Assembly: GCA_964389685.1 (NCBI GenBank)
Contig: CAYMFM010000002.1
Coordinates: forward strand, 97,909 to 161,908
Direction: 5' to 3'
Length of the DNA stretch: 64,000 bases
Origin: an uncultured Rikenellaceae bacterium
GTDB lineage: Bacteria > Bacteroidota > Bacteroidia > Bacteroidales > VadinHA17
In this document: piece after piece, positions 18,990-28,316 of the stretch
How positions within the stretch are numbered: the stretch's first letter is position 1
Layout of the letters: every line of letters starts with the position of its first letter
Notes under the pieces: model-generated
Told to the model about the DNA's origin: nothing
Database searches by the model: none
Seen by the model: only the letters and a program-made list of their open reading frames with translations
Position numbers and translations under genes: made by a program

Positions 18990-19177
18990 AGAGCAGATGA
19001 GTTTATTGGTTAGGGATAAACTTTTTGATCAGGGTAAGTTCGTAAACTGATCTTTGAAACTGATGGATTGGCCAATAAAAAATGGCATGGCTGGAATTCA
19101 CTCATTTTTAGTGCAAGCCATAGCAAGAGATCCTGTAAATCACGGCATCCGGATCCGGTGTATCCGGCAAAGAAATC

Positions 19178-19861
19178 TTACAAAATCTTTTTAATGTTTT
19201 CCGTAACGATATGCCCGTCAAATAACTGTACAATGCGGTGTGCATATTCCGCATCGGTCGGTGAGTGGGTGACCATCACGATGGTTGTGCCCTCCTTGTT
19301 TAGCTCGGTCAGCAGGTTCATCACCTCCTCGCCGTTTGCTGAATCGAGGTTACCCGTCGGCTCGTCAGCCAGTATCAATTTTGGATTAGCAACCACAGAG
19401 CGGCAAATGGCGACCCGCTGTTGTTGTCCTCCTGAGAGCTGTTGCGGAAAGTGCTTTTTCCGGTGTGCAATATTCATCCGTTCAAGCACCTGGTTGACGG
19501 TCTCTTTCCTCTTCGAGGAGGCAACCTTCATGTAGAGGAGGGGCAATTCGACATTTTCATAGACGGTCAGCTCATCGATCAGGTTGAAACTCTGGAAGAC
19601 AAATCCGATGTTCGATTTCCTGAGGTTTGTTCTTTTCCGCTCATTGAATTTGGACACTTCAACATCTTCAAAATGAAGTTCCCCCTCTGTCGGATTGTCA
19701 AGAAGTCCCAGGATATTCAGAAGGGTGGATTTCCCGCAACCGGAAGGTCCCATTACGGCAACAAATTCTCCCTTTTCAACCGACAGGTTTACCTTGTTCA
19801 GGGCGGTGGTTTCGACCTCATCGGTTCGGAAGATTTTTACTAAATCAACGGTTTTGATCAT
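19178..19861 (-). CDS. ABC transporter ATP-binding protein (MacB/LolD-like)
   Basis: Walker A GPSGCGKST, signature LSGGQQQR, Walker B LILADEPT and an H-loop. Confidence 0.9.
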   Translation of the reverse strand: MIKTVDLVKIFRTDEVETTALNKVNLSVEKGEFVAVMGPSGCGKSTLLNILGLLDNPTEGELHFEDVEVSKFNERKRTNLRKSNIGFVFQSFNLIDELTVYENVELPLLYMKVASSKRKETVNQVLERMNIAHRKKHFPQQLSGGQQQRVAICRSVVANPKLILADEPTGNLDSANGEEVMNLLTELNKEGTTIVMVTHSPTDAEYAHRIVQLFDGHIVTENIKKIL

Positions 19862-20195
19862 GGTATCAGGAATTAGTGTGTAGGGTTATCATCCAATATG
19901 AACGTTCAAGTTATGATAAAATACTGAATTCTCAAAAAAATACAGGAGCTTCAAGTTTGAATTTGCCAGTAGAGTGTCTTTATTATTGGAGAACGATTTT
20001 CCAAGTTGTTTGCGCTCAATAGAGCGCTTACTATCGAGGCTGCAAAAGATTCGATTCCAGGTTGTTCTGAACTAATATTGCTAACTTCCTTCCAGTCGCA
20101 ATATTTCTCTACAAAAATTGAAGCGATCAACCTGTGATTTTATCTGATGTTTATTACATTTATCCTTTCTGTAAATTAATTTAACGTTTGGTATT

Positions 20196-20921
20196 ATGTT
20201 ACCGGATTCAACCTATTTGACCGCCAGGATCGATTTACACTATCCGATCATTGGCCTTTACGATACCCCTGATTTTTCCCCTTTTACAGATCTTGTTGAA
20301 CCGTCAAAAAAAATCAGGCAGTGTATCTTTCAGTTTTTCCCCGATTGGTGTAACGGAAAAACGCTTCACCTCACCCGGAATAATCATGGATGCGGTGGCT
20401 GTGGCCGGTACTTCTTCAGCGTCGAATATCGCGACAGGGAAAGTTTCATAAAATTCCTTGCTGATGAGGAGGGATTGAAAGCAAACCACGACCTCATGAA
20501 CCGGTGGATCGATCAGGGGAATACCTACAAACCGCAACATGAACACCTGTTGATCGGACCGTTGCAGACGCACAGTGAAAATTTTCTGCGAACCATTACT
20601 TTTTTTGTTAACCCCGATCAGTTGAGTGCATTGATGATCGGGGCGCAATATTTCAGCAAGCCGGACGACCCGGCTACTGTTCTTGCACCGTTTGGTGCAG
20701 GCTGTGGAGAAATGCTGGCTTTGTTTGACGATCTGGAAATTTCCCAGGCAATCATCGGATCAACCGATCTTGCCATGCGCCGGCACCTGCCACCGGAAAT
20801 CATGGTCTTTACGGTAACCAAAACCATGTACAGGCAGTTGTGTGAACTGGATAACAGAAGCTTCCTGGAAAAACCCTTTCTGGGAACTTTAAAAAAAGCC
20901 CGGGGAGGTCGATTGAATTAG
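20196..20921 (+). CDS. hypothetical protein (possibly DUF169-like; unverified)
   Basis: 241 aa soluble ORF with a Cys/Gly motif HGCGGCGRY and a later GAGCGE. The size and general look recall DUF169, but I cannot verify that. Confidence 0.35.
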   Translation: MLPDSTYLTARIDLHYPIIGLYDTPDFSPFTDLVEPSKKIRQCIFQFFPDWCNGKTLHLTRNNHGCGGCGRYFFSVEYRDRESFIKFLADEEGLKANHDLMNRWIDQGNTYKPQHEHLLIGPLQTHSENFLRTITFFVNPDQLSALMIGAQYFSKPDDPATVLAPFGAGCGEMLALFDDLEISQAIIGSTDLAMRRHLPPEIMVFTVTKTMYRQLCELDNRSFLEKPFLGTLKKARGGRLN

Positions 20922-21095
20922 CCCATCGTACTAATAAATTTTGTAACAGCGGTTCTATCCTTCTGCACATGGAAAACGATACAAGGACCGAGGAGCACTG
21001 TCACTCTTATTAACAACTGAGCCTTCCGCCGAATGGTCAGGTTTCCCATGAATCGGGTATAATAGTTTCGGCGGGTTTACTTGTTTTTTATTTCT

Positions 21096-21189
21096 CCCCG
21101 GGTTGCGCTCGCCCTGTAAAATATTCCGCTTATGCTTATTTCACAGGACAAGCTTACCCGGGGCTACCAATGTGCCGCTCCTACGGAGC
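21096..21189. repeat. hairpin repeat plus 27 nt motif shared with 62911-62937
   Basis: ccccgggt (21096-21103) pairs with acccgggg (21156-21163), and inner cctgt pairs with acagg. It is followed by gctaccaatgtgccgctcctacggagc (21163-21189), whose gctcc-tac-ggagc forms a mini-hairpin. Confidence 0.7.
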
Positions 21190-21347
21190 TGAAATATCCA
21201 AAAATTTACAAATAATGTAATGTCTCGAATAACTCCTAATACCTTTAAGGAATAAAGTATTTCTCTTTTCATTAACTCAACATGCAAAAATAATAAGGCA
21301 TGTTGAAAGCAGTTATAATCTTATTTGTAATTTTAACTCCAATCTAA

Positions 21348-22883
21348 ATGATTTCAATTATGCGAAACAGACTTTTTATATTTTTTATTCTTTTTACTCT
21401 ACCAGTATTAACTGGATGTGGACAGGAAAGAGGCAAATCATATGAAGATGTAATTAATAAAAATACCCTTAAAGAACAGGTCTATTTTCTTGCTTCCGAT
21501 GAGCTGATGGGCAGGAATACCGGAAGCGAAGGGATACGGATCGCTGCCGGTTACATTGCGGACTATTTCGCCATGTTGGGTGTAAGTGAATTTGAAGATA
21601 CTCCGGGCTATTTACAGAATGTCCCGTTTCAGTCTGTCAAGCCTGCCGAAACCTGTGAGGTGAAAATAGGTAACAGGCAATTGGTCCAGCGGAAAGATTT
21701 TCTCCATCGAGGCGGTGGACCCTTAACGGTAAAAGCGCCGGTGGTGTACATCGGGTATGGATTGGGTGATGAGGAAAATGGAACCGGTGATTTGAAGAAC
21801 ATTGATCTGGAAGGTAAAATTGTGGTTGCCGATATGGGTTCGGGAACACCGGGAGATTTTAATGAAATCTTTGCTCTGTCAGCAAGAAAGCGGGAGATGG
21901 TGAACCAATTGGGGGGAGTGGCGTTCATTGAGGTATTCAATTTGAATTTTTCCTGGGACCGGCTGGTCTCCTACATGCTTCGCCCTTCCCTGGAGTTGGA
22001 TAAGACAGAAGATGATGCTGATGAGGATCAGATCACATACCTCTGGCTGGCTTCAGACAACGCAGATCTGATCGGGGAAATAAAAGCAGGTACAGTGAAA
22101 GAAGCGGAAATAAACTCGAGTGGATTGATGATTGAAAAAATACGGGATAACAACGTTGTGGGGTATGTTAAAGGGACAGATCCTGAAGTGAACGACGAAT
22201 ATATATTGCTGACTGCACATTATGATCATCTGGGTGCAGGAATGGCCAACGGGCGCGGTGCAACCCCCGAAGATACCATTTTCAATGGTGCCGGGGATAA
22301 TGCCATGGGAACGGTGGCAGTCATGGGAGCAGCAAAAGCATTTGCTGAGCATCCTGCCCGGAGATCCGTCATTTTCCTGGCGGTTACCGGTGAAGAAAAA
22401 GGACTGCTGGGAAGCCGCTATTTTGCAAACCACCCGCTGGTCCCTCTGCAACAGATTATATTTAACCTCAACAACGACGGTGGAGGAATGGCTGATACAG
22501 GCTATGTGAATATCCTTGGCATTACGCGGACCGGAGCAGAAGAACTGATCACCTCCGCATGCAACCAGTTCGGACTTGATGTGAATACAGATCCTGCATT
22601 CGAATTCCTGTTCAATGCATCCGATAATGTGAACTTTGCCAGGAAAGGCATACCGGCACCGACATTCAGCCCGGGATTCAAAATATTTGACCAGAATACA
22701 CCCAAACATTACCACAGACCGTCAGATGAAGCGGAAACGATTGATTATACCTATTATACAAAATTTGTCAGAGCCTATGCACGGGCTGCAAGGAACATTG
22801 CCAATGCCCCCGATACACCAACATGGGTTGAAGGAGATGAATACGAACAGGCTGGAAAGGAGCTATATAAACTAATAGAGTAA
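21348..22883 (+). CDS. M28-family metallopeptidase (aminopeptidase) lipoprotein with PA domain
   Basis: Lipobox LTGC. M28 motifs AHYDHLG, NGAGDNAMG and TGEEKGLLGS. Confidence 0.85.
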   Translation: MISIMRNRLFIFFILFTLPVLTGCGQERGKSYEDVINKNTLKEQVYFLASDELMGRNTGSEGIRIAAGYIADYFAMLGVSEFEDTPGYLQNVPFQSVKPAETCEVKIGNRQLVQRKDFLHRGGGPLTVKAPVVYIGYGLGDEENGTGDLKNIDLEGKIVVADMGSGTPGDFNEIFALSARKREMVNQLGGVAFIEVFNLNFSWDRLVSYMLRPSLELDKTEDDADEDQITYLWLASDNADLIGEIKAGTVKEAEINSSGLMIEKIRDNNVVGYVKGTDPEVNDEYILLTAHYDHLGAGMANGRGATPEDTIFNGAGDNAMGTVAVMGAAKAFAEHPARRSVIFLAVTGEEKGLLGSRYFANHPLVPLQQIIFNLNNDGGGMADTGYVNILGITRTGAEELITSACNQFGLDVNTDPAFEFLFNASDNVNFARKGIPAPTFSPGFKIFDQNTPKHYHRPSDEAETIDYTYYTKFVRAYARAARNIANAPDTPTWVEGDEYEQAGKELYKLIE

Positions 22884-23105
22884 CTAACGCAGATTACCAG
22901 CCCGGGAAAAAACCGATACAGACCAGCAGACAGGTAACCTCGTAGAGGTTTCATGGGCCGGTGACTCCAAAACCTCAAAATAATACGTTTCCTCAGAAAC
23001 GAATTCATTCCGGTAAAACCATAAACCGATTGGTATTTCATGCCGGATTTGATTATCTTGGATGATCTTTTTAAATAAATACCTAACCCTTAAATACAAA
23101 AGAAA

Positions 23106-25118
23106 ATGTTCAGAAAAGTTATGTTAATCCTGGGACTATTATGTCTGTTTTTTCAAACAGGACGGTCACAATCAGACGAGATCCGGAAGCTTTCACTTGA
23201 GGATTATTTTGATATGGAATCTGTTTCATCACCTCAGATATCACCGGCAGGTGATCAGATCATTTATTCAAAGCGATGGATCAATAAGTATGAAGACGGA
23301 TCACAGTCTGATCTCTGGATCATGGATACAGGTGGTAAGAATGACCGGTTTTTCATGAAAGGAGGTAGTCCATTATGGTCACCCGATGGTAGCCGTATTG
23401 TCTTTATCCGATCGGGAGAACCGCAGGGATCCCAGATTTTTGTCAAGATCATGGGGATCGCCGGAGAAGCCACGCAAATCACACGCCTTGATGGATCGCC
23501 TTCAAACATTCAATGGTCTCCGGATGGGAAATATATTTCGTTTACCATGCTGGTGCCGGAAGACAAACACTGGCCGGTAAAGATGCCTGAGAAGCCCAAA
23601 GGAGCGGAATGGACACCTGCCCCCAGAATCGTTGAAGACCTGGTGTACCGTCGCGACAGGGTTGGATTTCTGGAGGATGGATATACCCAGATCTTTGTTG
23701 TTCCCGCTTCCGGAGGAACAGCGAAACAGGTAACATCAGGAGATTGGGATCAGGGCAGGGGTGGCTATTCGTGGACCAGGGATGGGAAGGAGATACTCTT
23801 CTCCAGCATACGGGTCCCTGAAGCGGAATACCAGTACCGGGAATCGGAAATATATGCGGTGAATGTAAAAACCGGAGAAGTCAGAACATTGACTGATAGA
23901 AAGGGACCCGATTATGATCCCGTTGTGTCACCGGATAATCAATTGGTCGTTTATCAGGGATACGATTGGACCGATGATGCCTATATCAATGCAAAACTAT
24001 ATGTGATGAATCTGGATGGAAGCAATTCGCGGGGTATTTCCGGAGATTTTGACAAAAGCCTTGGCGATGTCCGCTGGGCAGATGACAATACCGGGGTTTA
24101 TGTTACAGTCAGGGAAGAAGGGACAAGCAATCTCTACTTTATCCCCCTGAGAGGAAGCATAAAACAGGTTACAAAAGGGACCCACATGTTATCCGTCTCT
24201 TCATTCAGTAAAAACGGGAAAGCCGTTGGTGTTCTTTCCGATCCCTATCTACCGGGAGATGTTGTGATTTTTGATTTTAAAAATCCTCAGCTCAAACAAC
24301 TAACATTCGTCAACGAAGATATTCTTTCCGGGATAACACTGGGCAAAATGGAAGAGATCGGGTACACATCAACCGATGATTATAAAATCCAGGGATGGAT
24401 CATTAAACCTCCCGATTTTGATCCGTCAAAAAAATACCCGCTTATACTTTCCATACATGGAGGTCCCCATGCCATGTACGGAGTTGGTTTTAGTTTCAGT
24501 TGGCAAATTCATGCCGCAGAGGGATATGTTGTTCTCTTTACCAATCCAAGGGGTTCAGCGGGTTATGGCAGTGCATTTGGGAATGCGATTGAAAACGATT
24601 ATCCGAACAAGGATTTTGACGATCTGATGAAGGGGGTGGATGAAATGATTGACATGGGATTCATTGATGAGGACAACCTGTTTGTGTACGGTGGCAGCGG
24701 TGGAGGTGTGCTTACTTCCTGGATCGTTGGCCATACCGATCGTTTTGCAGCAGCATCCGTTAACTACCCGGTCATCAACTGGCTCTCCTTTGTGGGGACA
24801 ACCGATGGCGTTTCCTGGTACCGGAATTTCGAAAAGTTTCCCTGGGAAGATCCTTCCGAACATCTGCGGAGATCTCCCCTGATGTATGTCGGCAACGTCA
24901 AAACGCCAACGCTGTTGATGACCGGTGTAAAGGACCTGAGAACTCCCATATCACAAACCGAAGAGTTTTACCAGGCGTTGAAAATTCAGAAGGTACCTAC
25001 TGCTATGATCCGGTTCAATGATGAATTTCACGGGACCTCCTCCAATCCCTCTAACTATATCAGGACCGTTCTTTACCTGCACTACTGGTTTGATCAATAC
25101 AAGAACGATAGAGAATAA
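23106..25118 (+). CDS. S9-family serine peptidase (prolyl oligopeptidase/acylaminoacyl-peptidase type)
   Basis: Signal peptide and an N-terminal propeller with repeated SPDG/WSPDG motifs. The C-terminal alpha/beta hydrolase has nucleophile elbow GGSGGG and later D (VKDLRTP) and H (EFHG). Confidence 0.85.
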   Translation: MFRKVMLILGLLCLFFQTGRSQSDEIRKLSLEDYFDMESVSSPQISPAGDQIIYSKRWINKYEDGSQSDLWIMDTGGKNDRFFMKGGSPLWSPDGSRIVFIRSGEPQGSQIFVKIMGIAGEATQITRLDGSPSNIQWSPDGKYISFTMLVPEDKHWPVKMPEKPKGAEWTPAPRIVEDLVYRRDRVGFLEDGYTQIFVVPASGGTAKQVTSGDWDQGRGGYSWTRDGKEILFSSIRVPEAEYQYRESEIYAVNVKTGEVRTLTDRKGPDYDPVVSPDNQLVVYQGYDWTDDAYINAKLYVMNLDGSNSRGISGDFDKSLGDVRWADDNTGVYVTVREEGTSNLYFIPLRGSIKQVTKGTHMLSVSSFSKNGKAVGVLSDPYLPGDVVIFDFKNPQLKQLTFVNEDILSGITLGKMEEIGYTSTDDYKIQGWIIKPPDFDPSKKYPLILSIHGGPHAMYGVGFSFSWQIHAAEGYVVLFTNPRGSAGYGSAFGNAIENDYPNKDFDDLMKGVDEMIDMGFIDEDNLFVYGGSGGGVLTSWIVGHTDRFAAASVNYPVINWLSFVGTTDGVSWYRNFEKFPWEDPSEHLRRSPLMYVGNVKTPTLLMTGVKDLRTPISQTEEFYQALKIQKVPTAMIRFNDEFHGTSSNPSNYIRTVLYLHYWFDQYKNDRE

Positions 25119-25213
25119 TCCGGGTAGAACGCAACAGGGAAATTTCACCCTACTTTAAAACAATATTTATTTGAAAATAAAATCAAATGATTACATTGGA
25201 ATAAAATTTACTA

Positions 25214-28192
25214 TTGAATATGAAAGCACTCCGGGTTCTTATTCCAAGAATGATTGTCCTGTTACTGGTCATCTTCAGTTACGTTGCCCTTCAGTCTGGT
25301 TTTGGGCAGGAACACGAAGCACAAGAACATGAAACAACAGAAATGGTTCAGAATGATGAGCCGGAGGCCATCCAGCAGGATCATGTTGAGGAGGCCCATT
25401 CAACAGCAGAGGACCATGCTGAAGGGGGTCACGGCAGCGACATGTCTCCTCTCTTTTTTGTGATCCTGGCACTGATTATTGGTGCAGCCACGCGCCAGTT
25501 TCTGAGGAAAAGTCCGTTGCCCTATACGGTTACCTTGTTGATCATCGGACTGGGATTTGGTGCAGCCACACGTCTCGGTTGGCTGAATACCTGGTCCATC
25601 GGGTCGTTGCATATCAATGTTAATTTCCTTGGCAACGCAGTGGAGTGGGCAGGACACATCAATCCCCATGTCATCCTCTATGTTTTCTTGCCCACCTTGA
25701 TTTTTGAGGCAGCATTTGCCATGGATGTTCACACCTTCCGGAAGTCAGTTGCTAATGCAAGCATTCTGGCAATCCCCGGGATCATCATTGCCATGTTTCT
25801 TACCGGAGCGCTGGCCATAGGGTTAAATTTAGCAGGGATCGGTCTGTCGGGCTGGGGGTGGCCTATGGCGTTGATGTTTGGTGCGGTGGTCAGTGCAACT
25901 GACCCGGTTGCCGTGGTCTCGCTCCTGAAGGAACTGGGAGCCAGTAAAAAGCTGGGAACCCTTATCGAAGGAGAATCATTGCTGAATGACGGTACGGCAA
26001 TCGTGTTTTTCATGGTGTTTTTCCTTGGATTTACCGGAGAAGCAAGCGGCGCTTCACCGGTTGTCGAATTTGTAAGGGTCTCCGTCGGAGGAACATTGAT
26101 TGGGATCATTGTGGGAGCCCTGACGATCAATTGGGTCAGAAGAGTGTTTAATGATGCACTGGTGGAGATCAGTGTGATCATTGCCGCTGCATACATTACC
26201 TTTTACATGTGTGAACATTTTTTTCACGTTTCGGGTGTGCTTGGTCTGGTTGCCCTTGGACTGGCTATGGCCAGTGTCGGACGGACCCGGATCAGCCCGG
26301 AAGTGGAACATTTCCTTCATGAATTCTGGGACCTTGCTGCGTTCATTGCCAATACGCTGATCTTCCTCATTGTGGGCGTGGTCATTGCCCAGCAGGCTGT
26401 AATAACCGGGAAAAACTTACTCCTTCTGGGAATCTTTTATGTGGGTGTCCACATCATCCGGGTCATTGTCATCGCACTATTTTATCCAGCCATGAAACGG
26501 ATCGGCTATGGATTATCCAGGAAAGACTCCTATGTTCTCTGGTGGGGCGCCCTTCGTGGAGCTATCGGATTGGCACTGGCACTGATTGTTGCAGGCGAAG
26601 AGAGCATCCCGGAAGAGATACGGAATCAATTCCTTTTCCTCACAGCCGGGTTGGTTACCCTTACCCTGTTGGTGAATGCCACCACCATAAAATACCTTGT
26701 GGAAAAACTGGGGTTGACAAAAATTTCACCTGCTAAAGCCTTAATGCGATCCAATGCCAATCTTTACCTCAGGCAGAGTACCGAAAATTCCATTGAAAAA
26801 ATTAAGGAAGACCGGTTTATGAACCGTGCGAACTGGAGTGCTGTAAAGGAATACCTGCCCAAAACCGGAGAAGAGATCAATACTGAGGATATTAAAATTG
26901 AAACCATTGCCGAAACACGCAGGCGAATACTTGAAAAGGAGAAGAGTAGTTACTGGTACCAATTCAGGGATGGTTTGCTGGGACCGGTTTCTGTTCGACG
27001 GTTATCCGATGGAATTGATGATATCCTGGATGCAGGAGGCATGATTCCACTGTCGGCACGAAAAGATCTGGAAGAGTCCTGGAAAACACCGAAAATCCTG
27101 AACTGGATGCAAGGAATGCCGGTCATTGGGAAATTATCAAAAAGAGCCTTTTTTGATCGACTGGCAATCAGCTATGATAGCGCCAGGGGGTTTGTGGAAG
27201 CTCAGGAAGAAGCGCTGAAACTGGTTGAAAGCATGTACCGGGGACTTAAATCAGATGATTCAGTTAAGAACAAGGAGGAGGAGGAAAATAATCTTGCCAT
27301 CATTGAAGAGGAGATCAATGAAAACAGGATACACGGATTGACCTTTCTCAGGAACCTCAGGAGAAATATGCCGGAGATCTATTCTGCCATCGCTACGCGT
27401 CAGGCAATTCGATCCATGCTGAATTATGAAAAGCGTACCGTTGAACGGTTACAGAAAAACGGAAGGCTCGAAAGCGATGAGGTGAAGAAGATGATCTCCT
27501 ACATCGAGGTGAGAATGAAACGACTAATGGATTCACCCCCTTCCGTTGAACTACCTGATGCTGTCGAATTGTTGAAAGATGTTGCCTGGCTTCAAAATCT
27601 TGGTCCGAAAATACTGGATAAGGTGGTCTCTCTTTTCCAAACCAAAGTGTTTACCGTGGGTGAAAAAATCATACGGCAGAGCCACCACGATGATGGTTTC
27701 TTCTTTATTGCCCGTGGAACCGTGAAAGTTACGGTCGGAGATAAAGTGGTTGATATCCTGCCCCAAGGGAATTTTATTGGAGAAATTGCCGGACTGACAG
27801 GTCTTCCCAGGGCTGCCGAAGTAACGGCGGAATCTCCCGTTACCGTCCTCTACATGTCATCATTGCACATGAACCAGATCATGAAAGAATCACCCTTGCT
27901 TGAGAAACGGTTATGGAAGATCGCCGGTTCAAGGCTGGCTGAAAACCTGCTGGGAACGATCGAACCCTACAGTCGATGGCGACAAAACCAGATTCGAAAC
28001 CTCCTGTCAAAAGGGGAGGCCTTTACCATGAAGGAGCATCCCGATTTGGATTTAACGGATAAAGTGGTCATCCTGCTGGTTGGAAAAGCAACCCTTAAAA
28101 CGGATAAACAGAAGGTATATAACGCCCCGGCGCTCATTGAACAGCCGGATAAAACTGAATTTTCAGCGAATAGCCGGATATTTGTTTGTTAA
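25214..28192 (+). CDS. CPA1-family Na+(K+)/H+ exchanger fused to a C-terminal cyclic-nucleotide-binding domain
   Basis: The roughly 12-TM exchanger core carries the SATDPVAV motif. A long helical linker follows. The CNBD is at aa ~786-900 (FFFIARGTVKV...GNFIGEIAGLTGLPRAAEVTA). TTG at 25214; an ATG two codons later (25220) is an alternative start. Confidence 0.85.
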   Translation: MNMKALRVLIPRMIVLLLVIFSYVALQSGFGQEHEAQEHETTEMVQNDEPEAIQQDHVEEAHSTAEDHAEGGHGSDMSPLFFVILALIIGAATRQFLRKSPLPYTVTLLIIGLGFGAATRLGWLNTWSIGSLHINVNFLGNAVEWAGHINPHVILYVFLPTLIFEAAFAMDVHTFRKSVANASILAIPGIIIAMFLTGALAIGLNLAGIGLSGWGWPMALMFGAVVSATDPVAVVSLLKELGASKKLGTLIEGESLLNDGTAIVFFMVFFLGFTGEASGASPVVEFVRVSVGGTLIGIIVGALTINWVRRVFNDALVEISVIIAAAYITFYMCEHFFHVSGVLGLVALGLAMASVGRTRISPEVEHFLHEFWDLAAFIANTLIFLIVGVVIAQQAVITGKNLLLLGIFYVGVHIIRVIVIALFYPAMKRIGYGLSRKDSYVLWWGALRGAIGLALALIVAGEESIPEEIRNQFLFLTAGLVTLTLLVNATTIKYLVEKLGLTKISPAKALMRSNANLYLRQSTENSIEKIKEDRFMNRANWSAVKEYLPKTGEEINTEDIKIETIAETRRRILEKEKSSYWYQFRDGLLGPVSVRRLSDGIDDILDAGGMIPLSARKDLEESWKTPKILNWMQGMPVIGKLSKRAFFDRLAISYDSARGFVEAQEEALKLVESMYRGLKSDDSVKNKEEEENNLAIIEEEINENRIHGLTFLRNLRRNMPEIYSAIATRQAIRSMLNYEKRTVERLQKNGRLESDEVKKMISYIEVRMKRLMDSPPSVELPDAVELLKDVAWLQNLGPKILDKVVSLFQTKVFTVGEKIIRQSHHDDGFFFIARGTVKVTVGDKVVDILPQGNFIGEIAGLTGLPRAAEVTAESPVTVLYMSSLHMNQIMKESPLLEKRLWKIAGSRLAENLLGTIEPYSRWRQNQIRNLLSKGEAFTMKEHPDLDLTDKVVILLVGKATLKTDKQKVYNAPALIEQPDKTEFSANSRIFVC

Positions 28193-28294
28193 TACTACTT
28201 TTTTTACCTGCCGTTGTAAGAGAAGCGAGGTGACCGAACACCTGGCATTGAAAAGAGTTCCATCATCAATTTTTTTTATTCAAATATTAATTTC

Positions 28295-28302
28295 TACTTT
28301 TG
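28295..28302 (+). promoter_or_regulatory. candidate Bacteroidota -7 promoter box (TAnnTTTG) for yceD-rpmF-plsX-fabH
   Basis: Exact match tacttttg, 15-27 nt upstream of the candidate yceD starts. Confidence 0.3.
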
Positions 28303-28316
28303 CACGACCTTTTTGA

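Noticed and set aside
19068-19535. 155 aa plus-strand ORF overlapping the ABC ATPase gene
   Set aside because: It is antisense to a CDS with complete Walker A, signature and Walker B motifs, so it is a shadow ORF.
20980-21075. Possible SRP (4.5S) RNA, because of ggtcagg and cggaagg-like words
   Set aside because: The words sit on opposite strands and do not form the conserved helix 8 (GGAA tetraloop flanked by complementary arms). No SRP-like fold can be drawn.
22053-22715. 220 aa ORF on the minus strand inside the M28 peptidase gene
   Set aside because: It is fully antisense to a well-supported CDS. The translation is Cys/His/Phe-rich and low-complexity with no motifs, so it is a typical shadow ORF.
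25729-26196. 155 aa minus-strand ORF inside the Na+/H+ exchanger gene
   Set aside because: It is antisense to the TM core of the exchanger. Its A/P/T-rich translation is characteristic of the reverse frame of hydrophobic-helix codons.
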